Assembly: GCA_023391105.1 (NCBI GenBank)
Contig: JAEWBO010000025.1
Span: 92,335-156,334 of the forward strand
Direction of reading: 5' to 3'
DNA from: Bacillota bacterium
GTDB taxonomy: Bacteria; Bacillota; Clostridia; Christensenellales; SZUA-584
Length of the DNA: 64,000 nucleotides
The position numbers and the translations under genes are program-made. Under the pieces are notes generated by a model, which was not told the DNA's origin, did not search any database, and saw only the letters and a program-made list of their open reading frames with translations. Below are positions 1 to 9,746 of this stretch, in pieces; within the stretch, counting starts at the first letter, position 1, and the number at the start of each line of letters is the position of its first letter.

Positions 1-1
1 C

Positions 2-787
2 ACGGTTTTCCAAAAGATTGACTGGAGTACCATTAAGGCCTCGGGTATTCGTGTGCTCGTGGTGGGAGGGCGCGAGACGGACGCTTTTGCCGTGCGTGTG
101 ATGGAGACGTGCGGTATACGCGTTGCAGATGCAGGCGGCATGGATGCTGAAACCGCCATGCACACCCATGGCGCGTCGTTTGGCGTCCGCTTTGCCAAAG
201 ACGGCATGGTGAGCGCGCTCTATCTGCCAAGCGGCCGCATTTTGGGTCCGGACGAATGGAAGGCACTCTCGTATTATCTTGTGTTCAGCAGCCTTAATAA
301 GCCCGTGGTCAATCTGCCGAGCGGCGTATCAAGAAGTGTGGTGGCTGCGGCTGACGTTCTGAATATAAGCTATGAGTTCACATCAGAAGAAGATGCAGTA
401 TTGGATTTATCCCCCGATCAGCGGCGTGTGCTATACGACGGCGTGTTTGGAATTTGCCGCTTTGCGGAGCATATGGCGCGCAGCGGTGTCATGGCCGATG
501 AAGTGGCCGCGGTGATTGAACAGCCGCATATCAGGGTGAAGGCGATAAGCTGTGACTATGACGATATCGGGCGCGTGATCGGCGGTATGTATGCGCGCGG
601 CGGCGCTTATGCCAATGAAGGTCTGCGGTTGGATGTACAGGGCGGCTCCGGCTATATTTGTCCGCACGCCACGAGGCCGACGATCATCATTCGCACCGAG
701 GGAGACACGGAGGAGTTTGCGGAGGAGCTCTGCGAAACGTACACGGACATGGTGCGCAGGATTGTCCGGCAGAGCAAAAAAAGCTGA
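2..787 (+). CDS. Partial CDS (5' end outside window): phosphohexomutase (PGM/PMM)-like protein, C-terminal portion
   Basis: The frame of ORF 53..787 stays open back to base 2 (TVFQKIDWSTIKASGIRVLVVGG...). The C-terminal NEGLRLDVQGGSGYICPHATRPTIIIRTEGDTEEFAEEL resembles the last domain of alpha-D-phosphohexomutases (DG.R..f.dG.w.l.RPS.TEP..r...Ea...eeA..l). Assignment rests on remembered family pattern only. Confidence 0.4.
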   Translation, partial: TVFQKIDWSTIKASGIRVLVVGGRETDAFAVRVMETCGIRVADAGGMDAETAMHTHGASFGVRFAKDGMVSALYLPSGRILGPDEWKALSYYLVFSSLNKPVVNLPSGVSRSVVAAADVLNISYEFTSEEDAVLDLSPDQRRVLYDGVFGICRFAEHMARSGVMADEVAAVIEQPHIRVKAISCDYDDIGRVIGGMYARGGAYANEGLRLDVQGGSGYICPHATRPTIIIRTEGDTEEFAEELCETYTDMVRRIVRQSKKS

Positions 788-810
788 GATAATTCTAATA
801 TTAACAGAGC

Positions 811-839
811 AAGGCTGCCTCAAAAGGTGGCCTTTTCTT
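811..839 (+). terminator. Probable rho-independent terminator after the partial CDS
   Basis: aaggctgcc-tcaaaa-ggtggcctt forms a 9-bp stem (2 G.U pairs) and is followed by TTCTT. Confidence 0.55.
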
Positions 840-868
840 GTTACTGAAACAAGTATTTTACGGCATGG

Positions 869-897
869 TTTGAGCACAGCGATAATTGTGGTATAAT
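869..897 (+). promoter_or_regulatory. Sigma-A-type promoter upstream of rnj
   Basis: TTGAGC (869-874), 17-nt spacer, TATAAT (892-897) preceded by TGTGG (extended -10-like). It lies about 90 nt upstream of the rnj start. Confidence 0.55.
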
Positions 898-989
898 AGC
901 CATGAAAAAGTGTGCCAAGGCGCGCTGCTTGCATAGAAAATAGTAATGCTTTAATATAGAAAAGACGGACGAAAGAGAGGAAAGCCAAT

Positions 990-2660
990 TTGGCAAAAAA
1001 ACAACAACAGCATAATGTCAGGATTACCCCGCTCGGCGGTATCGGCGAGGTGGGTAAAAATATGACCGTCATCGAATACGGTGACGAAATGATCGTGATC
1101 GACTGCGGCTTGTGTTTCCCGAGGGAAGACATGCTGGGGGTCGACTATGTGATTCCCGATATCACGTATTTGAAGAAGAACAAAGAAAAGATCAAAGCGG
1201 TGCTGATTACGCACGGCCACGAGGATCATATCGGTGCCACGCCATATTTGCTGCCCGTCATGGGCGCGCCGGTTTACGGGACGGACTTGACGCTCGCGCT
1301 GATTGAAACCAAGCTCGCGGAGCATAAAATTGACGGCGTGCCGCTAAACGTGATCAAACCGGGCGATAGCTTTTCGGCAGGTGTGTTCAAAATAGAAGCC
1401 ATCCGTGTGACGCACAGCATCGACGCGGCGCTCGCCTTTGCGGTGCACACGCCGGAAGGCACCATCGTATGCACCGGGGACTTCAAGGTGGATTATACGC
1501 CTGTGGATGGCCGCGTGATGGATCTTGCGAAGTTTGCGCAGCTGGGCAACGACGGTGTGCTCGCACTGCTGTCCGACAGCACCAACGCGGAGAACCCGGG
1601 CTACACGATGTCGGAAAGCACCGTGGGCGATACATTCGAGAGCTATTTCAAAAAAGCGACGGGGCGCATCATTGTGGCCACGTTCGCGTCCAATATTCAC
1701 AGGCTCCAGCAGGTAATCAGCGCATCCAAACGCTATGGGCGCAAGGTGTGTCTCACGGGCCGAAGCATGCTGAAAATCGCCAAGGTGGCCACTGAGCTCG
1801 GTTACCTCGAGCTGGATGAAGACATGCTGGTGGAGCCCGAAGAGCTCGAGAAGATGAAAAAGAACAAGATTGTCATACTGACGACGGGCAGTCAGGGCGA
1901 AACGATGTCTGGGCTTGTGCGTATGGCGGCGGGTGAACATAAAAAGCTGTCTATGATCCCCGGTGATCTTGTGATCATTTCATCCACACCAATTCCGGGC
2001 AATGAGCGCTATGTGTCGAATGTTATCAATATGCTGTACCGCAAGGGTGCCGACGTGATTAACGAAGGCGTGGCGGATGTGCATGTATCGGGCCATGCGT
2101 GTGAGGAAGAATTAAAGCTTATGATTTCACTCACCAAGCCGAAATATTTTATACCGATGCACGGCGAATACCGGCATCTATACCGGCATGCGGCGCTGGC
2201 TGAAAATCAGGGCATCAAACGCAGTCATATATTTATCCCTGAGATTGGCAAGGTGATCGAGATCGGCCAGCGGTTTTCCCGTGCGACCGAGACGGTGCCC
2301 TCGGGCAGCGTGATCATTGACGGCCTCGGTGTCGGTGATGTGGGCAACGTGGTGCTTAGGGATCGCAAGCTGTTATCTCAAGACGGTTTGTTCATCGTCG
2401 TCGTGACGATTTCCAGCGAAACAGGTGAGCTCGTGGCCGGGCCGGAGATCATATCGCGCGGATTTGTGTATATGCGTGAATCCACCGACCTGCTGGAAAG
2501 CGCCCGTAAGATCATTGTGGACGTGGTGGCCGATTGCAGTGCCAACAGTATTACGGAATGGACGACCATCAAGGGGCGTATCAAGAAGTCGCTGCGCAGC
2601 TATCTTTACGAAAGTACAAAGCGTAACCCGATGATACTGCCTATTATTATTGATATTTGA
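990..2660 (+). CDS. rnj: Ribonuclease J (metallo-beta-lactamase / beta-CASP family)
   Basis: ITPLGGIGEVGKNMTVIEYGDEMIVIDCG and the HGHEDHIG motif; the 556-aa length is typical. Start is TTG at 990 (RBS agagagga 975-982). The first in-frame ATG would delete the conserved N-terminal strand. Confidence 0.95.
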   Translation: MAKKQQQHNVRITPLGGIGEVGKNMTVIEYGDEMIVIDCGLCFPREDMLGVDYVIPDITYLKKNKEKIKAVLITHGHEDHIGATPYLLPVMGAPVYGTDLTLALIETKLAEHKIDGVPLNVIKPGDSFSAGVFKIEAIRVTHSIDAALAFAVHTPEGTIVCTGDFKVDYTPVDGRVMDLAKFAQLGNDGVLALLSDSTNAENPGYTMSESTVGDTFESYFKKATGRIIVATFASNIHRLQQVISASKRYGRKVCLTGRSMLKIAKVATELGYLELDEDMLVEPEELEKMKKNKIVILTTGSQGETMSGLVRMAAGEHKKLSMIPGDLVIISSTPIPGNERYVSNVINMLYRKGADVINEGVADVHVSGHACEEELKLMISLTKPKYFIPMHGEYRHLYRHAALAENQGIKRSHIFIPEIGKVIEIGQRFSRATETVPSGSVIIDGLGVGDVGNVVLRDRKLLSQDGLFIVVVTISSETGELVAGPEIISRGFVYMRESTDLLESARKIIVDVVADCSANSITEWTTIKGRIKKSLRSYLYESTKRNPMILPIIIDI

Positions 2661-2690
2661 TCAATATGCTTTGTAAGGGGGTGATTTTGT

Positions 2691-3038
2691 ATGCTCGTGT
2701 ATGATAAAGCACACGAACTTGCAAATGAAATTAAGAAAAACGCGGACTGTCAGGAATATGTCCGTTTAAAAGAGATCGTTATGGCGGATGAGAAGAACAA
2801 GGCGCTGCTGGCGGATTATAAGAAGCTGCAGCTGGAGGCGCAGGCGATGTATCTTTCGGGCAGTGAACCCAAAGAGGAATCGCTGGAAAAGCTCAAAAAA
2901 CTCGGTGAGCTCTTGGCGTTTAATCCGGATGTCACGGCATATTTTGCTGCGGAGTACCGCCTTCAGACGATGATGGGCGATGTTTATAAGATACTCGGTG
3001 CAGTATGCGACTTCGGGTTTGATCTTCTATCAGAGTAG
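2691..3038 (+). CDS. YlbF/YmcA-family (Com_YlbF) regulatory protein
   Basis: 115-aa helical protein. The N-terminus AHELANEIKKNADCQEYVRLKEIVMADEKNKALLADYKKLQ and C-terminal NPDVTAYFAAEYRLQTMMGDVYKIL match the YlbF family pattern. RBS aagggggtg lies upstream. Confidence 0.7.
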   Translation: MLVYDKAHELANEIKKNADCQEYVRLKEIVMADEKNKALLADYKKLQLEAQAMYLSGSEPKEESLEKLKKLGELLAFNPDVTAYFAAEYRLQTMMGDVYKILGAVCDFGFDLLSE

Positions 3039-3046
3039 GTAAACAA

Positions 3047-4351
3047 ATGGCAAATAGCAAGGATAAAAACGATTGGATCGACGATTTGAATAACGAGACA
3101 CGCGCTTTTTCACCCGTCTTAAGTGGCAGCAGCCATGCGGACGGAGAGACGCGGGCGTTTTCGCTCGAAGACAGTGCCAACGAACCGCGCGAGAAGTGTG
3201 AGGAACGCGGTTCCTTAAAAGAGGTTCCGACGGGCGCGTTTATTTGGCGAATTGGCAGGCCGCTGTTGATACTGGCTGCGAGTATCGCGCTTGTTGTCTT
3301 TTTGGCTCTCACGGTATATCACTATATCGAAGAAAGCTATGTGGCGCCGGTCGCGGCGGATACATCGGAGACCGTTCATGTGGAGATCAAGTCGGGTTCC
3401 TCATTGTCTTCTATCTCAACGCTGCTCTATGATGAAGGTATTATCCGCAACAAGTTTGCGTTCCAGTTGTACGCTGATCTTAACGACCTTGGCGGCAGCT
3501 TGAAAGCGGGTCAGTACGATTTGTCGCCGGGCATGACCATGGAACAGATTGCGGATGTTCTCAAGGAAGGGAATCCGCCTCGATCAGTCATGAAAATCAT
3601 GTTCCTTGAAGGCTTCACGGTGGAAGACATGGCAGAAAAGCTCTTCAAGGAAGGTTTATTTGATGAGGATGAACGCAAGGAGTTTTTAGACCTTTGTAAA
3701 GATGCCGATGCCTTTATCGAATACGACTTCATCGCAGCACTCAAGGGTACAGAGAATTTAAGCAGCCGCAAGTACGCGCTGGAAGGCTACCTCGCGCCGG
3801 ATACATATCAGTTTTACGAGGATGCGACACCTGAAGATGTGATTAAGAAGCTGCTCGACCAGTTTAACAAAGTGTTTAAGTATGAGTATAAACAGCGTGC
3901 CGAGGAACTGGGCATGACCATAGATCAGGTGCTGACGCTGGCATCCATGATTGAATGGGAAGCCACAGAAGTAGACTTCAAAAAGGTATCTGCGGTGTTT
4001 CATAACAGAATCCAAGAGGACATGGAATTTGGTTCGTGCGCGTCAATGCGGTATGTAACAGGTATTAAGAAGATGACCTACACAGCGGAGGAACTGGCCA
4101 TCGACTCCCCTTATAACACGTACATGTATAAGGGCCTTCCGCTCGGCTCAATTAACAATCCCGGCGCGAACGCAATTGATGCGGCGCTTTATCCGGAAGA
4201 AGATTTTGACTATCTGTATTTCATGAACAAGGATAAGACGTCGAGCGAGCTGGTATACGCAAAAACGCTTGACGAGCACAAAGATAACGAAGCGGCTTAC
4301 CACGCTTCACCTGAAGCCACACCGGAACAGACCAAAAATGAAGAAGATTGA
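3047..4351 (+). CDS. mltG: Endolytic peptidoglycan transglycosylase MltG (YceG-like)
   Basis: N-terminal TM helix (LLILAASIALVVFLALTVY), then YceG signatures: LASMIEWEA, AVFHNR, SCASMRYV, SPYNTYMYKGLPLGSINNPG. Confidence 0.9.
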   Translation: MANSKDKNDWIDDLNNETRAFSPVLSGSSHADGETRAFSLEDSANEPREKCEERGSLKEVPTGAFIWRIGRPLLILAASIALVVFLALTVYHYIEESYVAPVAADTSETVHVEIKSGSSLSSISTLLYDEGIIRNKFAFQLYADLNDLGGSLKAGQYDLSPGMTMEQIADVLKEGNPPRSVMKIMFLEGFTVEDMAEKLFKEGLFDEDERKEFLDLCKDADAFIEYDFIAALKGTENLSSRKYALEGYLAPDTYQFYEDATPEDVIKKLLDQFNKVFKYEYKQRAEELGMTIDQVLTLASMIEWEATEVDFKKVSAVFHNRIQEDMEFGSCASMRYVTGIKKMTYTAEELAIDSPYNTYMYKGLPLGSINNPGANAIDAALYPEEDFDYLYFMNKDKTSSELVYAKTLDEHKDNEAAYHASPEATPEQTKNEED

Positions 4352-5558
4352 GCTGTTGGCGCCCGCCGGCAGCATGGAAAGTCTCCATGCTGCCGCTGAT
4401 TTTGGCGCGGACGCGGTGTACGCCGCGGGCAAAGCCTACGGCCTTAGGGCTTTTGCTGATAACTTTACGCCGGATGAGATTGCGCATGCGGCTTCTTTCT
4501 TGCACAGCCGTGGCAAGCGCCTTTACATCACAATGAACGCGGTGTTTCACCCCTTCGATTTCGATGGGCTGGAGGAATACATTGCGTGTCTTGCGAAGGC
4601 GGGGGTGGATGCGTTCATTATCACCGACCCGGGCGTATTGACGACTGCCAAACGCGTCGCGCCGCAGATACCCATCCATATCAGCACACAGGCAAATACG
4701 ACAAACGCGCGCACGGCGCGGTTTTGGTATGAGCAGGGCGCAAGCCGCGTAATTCTTGCGCGGGAGCTTTCGCTTGCCGAAATATATGAGATTCGCGCAA
4801 ACACTCCCAAGGAGCTAGAGCTTGAGGCGTTTGTTCACGGCGCGATGTGCATTGCATATTCGGGACGCTGTTTGCTCAGCAGCGTATTTACAGGCCGCAG
4901 CGGTAACAGAGGTGCGTGTGCGCAGCCCTGCCGATGGGAATATCAATTATCCGAGAAGGGCTATCCGGACGAATATTTCCCTGCATATTCGGATGACCGT
5001 GGTACATATGTGCTAAATTCCAAAGACCTTTGCATGATCGAGCACATAAAGGACATTATCGATGCCGGCATCATTTCGCTCAAGATAGAGGGGCGCATGA
5101 AGTCGGCTTATTATGTGGCCTGTGTGACGCGTGCGTATAGGCAGGCGCTTGACGATGTTGGCGCTGGCAAGACGTTTGATCCTGATTTGCTGGAGGAGAT
5201 CGGCAAGGCAGGGAGCCGCGCCTACACGACAGGATTCTTTTATGGCAATCCGCGCGAGCAGGGGCAGGATATCACACGCGGCAAGGTGGAGCGTACGCAC
5301 GACTTTGTGGGCGTGATAAAAGCAAAGACCGATACAGATGGCTGGACGCTGTTTGAACAGCGCGGCAAGTTCAGCGTGGGCGATACTCTTGAGGTGCTGT
5401 CGCCGCACGGCGTATCCGCTATTGAGGTTGCGAGGTTACGAACGCTCGATGGCGAATCGCGAGACTGCGCGCCGCATCCCAAGGAGATGCTGGAGCTCTT
5501 AAGCTTGGGGAAGCTTTTGCCGGGAGACATGCTGCGCAAGAAGAGATTGACACTGTAA
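4338..5558 (+). CDS. Peptidase U32 family protein (TrhP/YegQ-like, collagenase-like)
   Basis: Canonical U32 N-terminus MKKIELLAPAGSMESL. Also GADAVY, FVHGAMCIAYSGRCLLS and SLKIEGRMKS. The ATG at 4338 overlaps the mltG stop by 14 nt. The track's 4269 start would add an unconserved extension inside mltG. Confidence 0.85.
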   Translation: MKKIELLAPAGSMESLHAAADFGADAVYAAGKAYGLRAFADNFTPDEIAHAASFLHSRGKRLYITMNAVFHPFDFDGLEEYIACLAKAGVDAFIITDPGVLTTAKRVAPQIPIHISTQANTTNARTARFWYEQGASRVILARELSLAEIYEIRANTPKELELEAFVHGAMCIAYSGRCLLSSVFTGRSGNRGACAQPCRWEYQLSEKGYPDEYFPAYSDDRGTYVLNSKDLCMIEHIKDIIDAGIISLKIEGRMKSAYYVACVTRAYRQALDDVGAGKTFDPDLLEEIGKAGSRAYTTGFFYGNPREQGQDITRGKVERTHDFVGVIKAKTDTDGWTLFEQRGKFSVGDTLEVLSPHGVSAIEVARLRTLDGESRDCAPHPKEMLELLSLGKLLPGDMLRKKRLTL

Positions 5559-5661
5559 AACAACCCATCGTATCGCTTCAGTAAGAATGAGACTCTTCTG
5601 CACGATTTTCTAGGGTTTGCATGTTATTGTCTATGAATGTAGGTTATTGTATCTGAATATA

Positions 5662-5691
5662 TTGACACTATATTTCATTATAGTATAGAAT
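5662..5691 (+). promoter_or_regulatory. Candidate sigma-A promoter at the head of the glycan locus
   Basis: TTGACA (5662-5667), 16-nt spacer, TATAGA/TAGAAT (5684-5691). It sits in an AT-rich 165-bp intergenic region. Confidence 0.4.
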
Positions 5692-5723
5692 ATTTTAGAT
5701 TTGAGTTGAAGTGGAGATGTAGA

Positions 5724-7082
5724 ATGAGTAAAAAGTTTAAGTTAAGTTTTCTTGAGAAACCACTTACTTTGTTTGATTTAATCGCTTTCGCTGTCTTATC
5801 GCTTTTCTGTTTTCTGGCATTTGAACAGGGTGCGGATATCGGGCACACCGCAGGCTCATCAATTGCTTATCTTAACGGACATATATTAGATTTTTATGAT
5901 TATAATGTTCAATTTGTCGGCGGTAATGCTTATCTGCCAAGCACGTACATACTATTTGCGATATGGAATATTCCGCTGAGACTTTTTGATATTGTGACGG
6001 TTCCTGGTATTTATACATCGCTCGGCGCCATGCTTTGGTTTAAATTGCTGCCTGTTTTGTTTCATGGGGCGTCAGCCTTTATTTTGTACAAGATTGCTTT
6101 GCAAGTTGGTATGGGTATAAAGAAATCAAAGCTGTGCGCATATTTGTTTTTAACAATGCCAATAGGTTTTTTCAGCCAGTACATATTTGGCCAATATGAT
6201 ATATTCACAGTTTTTTTCATGTTGCTCGGTATTTTGTATTATTATAAAAAAGATTTGTTGCGATTTGCTTTGTTCTTTGGGATATCCCTCACATTTAAGT
6301 ACTTTCCTTTGTTCATTTTTATACCAATGCTACTGCTGTATGAAAAAAGGATTTGGCGCATTATAAAGCATTGCGCTATTGTTTTCATTCCGCTAGCGAT
6401 TGAAATTCTGATGTATTATCCTTCCAACGCGTTCAGAAGCGGCGTTTTTGGATTTGGAGCCAACAACTATATATTTTTAGTCTCATTCAACAACGAATAT
6501 TTTGGGCTTAGTCTGTTCGTTGTGGCCTGGATCGTTCTTTGCGGCTATTCTTTCTTTAAAACAGTAAAGGATGAAGATAATATCAAATGGGTTGTGTTTT
6601 TTTCAAACATTGTGACGTTCCTGCTCTTTGGTCTGTCTATGTGGCATCCACAATGGTTGCTGTTTGGTGTTCCTTTCTGGGTGTTAGGATCTGTTCTAAG
6701 TAGACGTTTTGATATCTTTATGATCATCGAGTTTTTACTTATGGGCGTGTTCATTCTCTATACGACGAATTACTGGGTTGATTGGGTCGATCAAAACATG
6801 TGGAATTACGGCATATTTGGACCATTGCTGGGCGGCCAGGCGAATTCAGCTTTGCAAATGCGGAGTCTATTTATAATAAACAACCGAACCCTGATTTATT
6901 CTGTGTTTTCAGGACTGCTATTGGTTAACGCTTTGTTTAAACATCCAAAATATTGTTCTGAAAAAGTCTCTGAACCGATTGATAATATGTGGGGATATGC
7001 GCGATTCCGTTTCCTTGGAGGCGTTGCTATTTTCATCATTCCAGCCGTCATCTGTTTGGTATCGGTGCTCAGCACCTCTTAG
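5724..7082 (+). CDS. Polytopic integral membrane protein of unassigned family (possible GT-C-type glycosyltransferase or polymerase)
   Basis: 452 aa, hydrophobic along the whole length (many TM segments by eye), with no soluble domain. ATG at 5724 has GGAG 8 nt upstream. It is the first gene of the locus, followed by a GT2 gene and the rml genes. Confidence 0.6.
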   Translation: MSKKFKLSFLEKPLTLFDLIAFAVLSLFCFLAFEQGADIGHTAGSSIAYLNGHILDFYDYNVQFVGGNAYLPSTYILFAIWNIPLRLFDIVTVPGIYTSLGAMLWFKLLPVLFHGASAFILYKIALQVGMGIKKSKLCAYLFLTMPIGFFSQYIFGQYDIFTVFFMLLGILYYYKKDLLRFALFFGISLTFKYFPLFIFIPMLLLYEKRIWRIIKHCAIVFIPLAIEILMYYPSNAFRSGVFGFGANNYIFLVSFNNEYFGLSLFVVAWIVLCGYSFFKTVKDEDNIKWVVFFSNIVTFLLFGLSMWHPQWLLFGVPFWVLGSVLSRRFDIFMIIEFLLMGVFILYTTNYWVDWVDQNMWNYGIFGPLLGGQANSALQMRSLFIINNRTLIYSVFSGLLLVNALFKHPKYCSEKVSEPIDNMWGYARFRFLGGVAIFIIPAVICLVSVLSTS

Positions 7083-7191
7083 ACTTATGACAAGTCCGAT
7101 CAACATGTAATTACACGATCTAATGGCTATTAGATTTGTCATTGGATAAGTAAGAGTGTCTAATTAAATCACATGGTGAGGAATATAGATA

Positions 7192-7959
7192 GTGAGAAAA
7201 CAAAATGTGTCAATATCAGTTGTGACATATAATAGCGGGTGGTATATTGGTGGATTGCTGGCCTCGCTGGTTGAGCATACAAAGGGTGTGGATTACCATA
7301 TCTATGTTGTTGATAACGGATCCACGGATAGTACGCTTGATATTATTAATCAGATAGAGTCCAAGCAGATAACTGTTATAAAAAACGACAAGAATGTTGG
7401 CTATGGATCCGGTCATAATAAGGCTATTGAATGTGTTCACAGTCAGTATCATCTAATTATTAATCCTGATGTGACAATTAAAGAAGATATTGTTTCAAGG
7501 CTTGTTCAGTATCTTGAAGCTAATGAGGACATTGGTCTTGTGACACCCAAAATATTGCATCCTGACGGTAAGCTTCAAGTGCTCCCAAAGAAAAACCCAA
7601 AATTTATTTATCTTATAGCCCGAAGAGTAAACGCACCGTTTTTAAAAAAATACAGGCATGAATATGAGATGCTTGATAAGGATGCTGACAGCGCGTTTGA
7701 TATTGAGTTTTGCAGTGGCGCTTTTATGTTCGTAAGGACATCGCTTCTCAAAACAGTCGGTGGCTTTGACAAACGTTACTTCATGTATTTTGAAGACGCG
7801 GATTTGTCAAGAGAGATCAGGCAGCACGCACGTGCACAATACAATCCCGATTTTGTGGCTTATCACGAGTGGGAGCGTGGGGGAAGCAAGCAATTAAAGC
7901 TCTTTCTGATTCAAGTCGGATCAATGATTAAATATTTGAATAAGTGGAAAAGAAGATAA
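7192..7959 (+). CDS. Glycosyltransferase family 2 (rhamnosyltransferase-like)
   Basis: VSISVVTYNS...YVVDNGSTDST...NVGYGSGHN...INPDV...YFEDADLS (GT-A fold, DxD-type motif). GTG start with RBS ggtgagga. Confidence 0.85.
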   Translation: MRKQNVSISVVTYNSGWYIGGLLASLVEHTKGVDYHIYVVDNGSTDSTLDIINQIESKQITVIKNDKNVGYGSGHNKAIECVHSQYHLIINPDVTIKEDIVSRLVQYLEANEDIGLVTPKILHPDGKLQVLPKKNPKFIYLIARRVNAPFLKKYRHEYEMLDKDADSAFDIEFCSGAFMFVRTSLLKTVGGFDKRYFMYFEDADLSREIRQHARAQYNPDFVAYHEWERGGSKQLKLFLIQVGSMIKYLNKWKRR

Positions 7960-7985
7960 ATAAGTGAGATTGCGTTTGGAGATAA

Positions 7986-8843
7986 ATGATGAAGGTTCTA
8001 GTGATTGGCTCGAATGGACAGCTTGGTCGTCGAGTACAAACAGTATTAACAGATAAAAACATCGATTTTGATGCGTATGATTACCCCGAAATCGATATTA
8101 CAAGTTTAGATTCTATAAAGAATCGATTTGAGCAAACAATGCCAAATACAATAATCAATTGTGCGGCATATACCAATGTGGATCAGGCAGAAACGGATTA
8201 CGATAATGCCTATCGCATCAATGCGCTGGGCGCAAAGAATTTAGCGGAGATATGTGTTCAAAACGATGCTGAGCTTGTTCATGTGTCCACAGACTATGTT
8301 TTCAGCGGTGACCCCGTATGCATAGAAGGCAAGCCCCGGCCTTATTTTGAGGACGACGAATGTAATCCTGCCACGGCCTATGGAAAGACAAAGCTTGAGG
8401 GGGAACGTTTTGTTCAGGAATCTGGAGCGAAATATTACATCCTTCGTACCGCATGGCTGTATGGAGAAGGCAACAACTTTGTGAGAACAATGCTAAAGCT
8501 TTCTGAAACGCATGATACAATTAATGTTGTGGATGATCAGATTGGTTCGCCGACCTCAACGGTTGATCTCGCGAATACCATCTGTGAGCTATTGGGTACA
8601 GGTGAATACGGGCTTTATCACGCCACATGTGAAGGTCAATGCAGTTGGTTTGATTTTGCAAAAAAAATTTTTGAATACAGTTGTAAGAGCATAAATGTGG
8701 TGCCGGTGACGAGCAGGGAGTTTGTTAGGCCCGCAAAGCGTCCCGCTTGGAGCGTATTGGAAAACGCGCAATTAAAGCGTATTGGAAAAAATGTTTTTCG
8801 CTCGTGGGAAGACGCTTTGAAAGAGTATCTTTTGACTGAGTAA
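7986..8843 (+). CDS. rfbD: dTDP-4-dehydrorhamnose reductase
   Basis: MKVLVIGSNGQLG...NCAAYTNVDQAE...VHVSTDYVFSG...YGKTKLEGE...ILRTAWLYG matches RmlD throughout. The second ATG at 7989 has better RBS spacing. Confidence 0.9.
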   Translation: MMKVLVIGSNGQLGRRVQTVLTDKNIDFDAYDYPEIDITSLDSIKNRFEQTMPNTIINCAAYTNVDQAETDYDNAYRINALGAKNLAEICVQNDAELVHVSTDYVFSGDPVCIEGKPRPYFEDDECNPATAYGKTKLEGERFVQESGAKYYILRTAWLYGEGNNFVRTMLKLSETHDTINVVDDQIGSPTSTVDLANTICELLGTGEYGLYHATCEGQCSWFDFAKKIFEYSCKSINVVPVTSREFVRPAKRPAWSVLENAQLKRIGKNVFRSWEDALKEYLLTE

Positions 8844-8864
8844 TAATTTAAAAGGATTGTGACT

Positions 8865-9746
8865 ATGAAAGGGATTATTTTAGCAGGTGGATCGGGAACC
8901 CGTCTCCATCCTATCACAAAGGCAGTGTCCAAACAATTGCTGCCCATATATGACAAGCCCATGGTTTATTATCCGCTGTCGTCCCTCATGCTTGCGGGAA
9001 TAAGGGAGATATTAATTATTTCCACGCCCACAGATCTACCTTTCTATGAAAAGCTTTTTGGCACAGGTGAAGAGCTTGGAATGAATTTTTCGTATAAGGT
9101 GCAATACGCACCCAACGGCCTTGCCGAAGCCTTTATCATTGGTGAAGATTTCATCGGTAATGACAATTGCGCGCTTGTTCTTGGTGATAATATTTTCTAT
9201 GGTAACGGTTTTTCTGAATGCGTCCAGCGTGCAGCAAAGCTGGAAAGCGGCGCTGTGATTTTTGGATACTATGTCAATGAGCCCCGCGCGTATGGCGTCG
9301 TGGAATTTGACAAAGAGGGACGAGCCATCTCAATCGAAGAAAAGCCGGAACAACCAAAATCAAACTTCGCTGTGCCCGGATTGTATTTTTACGACAACGA
9401 TGTGGTGAGGATTGCCAAGAGCATAAAGCCGTCCAAACGCGGGGAGCTTGAAATCACTGCGGTCAACGACGCATATTTAAAAAGAGGTTTGCTCAAGGTG
9501 GAGGTTTTCGGGCGCGGCATTGCTTGGCTGGATACGGGGACGCATGATGATCTGATTGCCGCGGGTAACTTTGTGGAAACCATACAAAAACGTCAGGGAC
9601 TATACATCGCCTGTATTGAAGAAATCGCCTACCGTATGGGCTATATCGACAAGGATCAGCTTAAACAGCTTGCGCAGCCGCTTATTAAAACCGCCTATGG
9701 GCAGTACATTGAGACAATTGCTGAAAGAGGAAAAAAGAATGGCTGA
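8865..9746 (+). CDS. rfbA: Glucose-1-phosphate thymidylyltransferase
   Basis: [39 protein letters not shown] is the near-invariant RmlA N-terminus. ATG at 8865 has RBS aaagga. The track start at 8859 is an upstream GTG. Confidence 0.95.
   Translation: MKGIILAGGSGTRLHPITKAVSKQLLPIYDKPMVYYPLSSLMLAGIREILIISTPTDLPFYEKLFGTGEELGMNFSYKVQYAPNGLAEAFIIGEDFIGNDNCALVLGDNIFYGNGFSECVQRAAKLESGAVIFGYYVNEPRAYGVVEFDKEGRAISIEEKPEQPKSNFAVPGLYFYDNDVVRIAKSIKPSKRGELEITAVNDAYLKRGLLKVEVFGRGIAWLDTGTHDDLIAAGNFVETIQKRQGLYIACIEEIAYRMGYIDKDQLKQLAQPLIKTAYGQYIETIAERGKKNG

Noticed and set aside
431-1132. 233-aa minus-strand ORF spanning the end of the first CDS, the intergenic region and the rnj start
   Set aside because: It is antisense to two well-supported coding regions and runs through a terminator and promoter. 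Its composition is low-complexity and Arg/Ala-rich, typical of shadow ORFs in GC-rich DNA, and no motif was recognised.
4269-4337. N-terminal extension of the U32 ORF in the track (MTSTKITKRLTT...)
   Set aside because: It lies inside the mltG coding region. The canonical U32 N-terminus MKKIELLAPAG begins at ATG 4338.
9556-9738. N-terminal extension of the rfbC ORF in the track
   Set aside because: It lies in an alternative frame of rfbA. The conserved RmlC sequence starts at MADIKVIE (ATG 9739).
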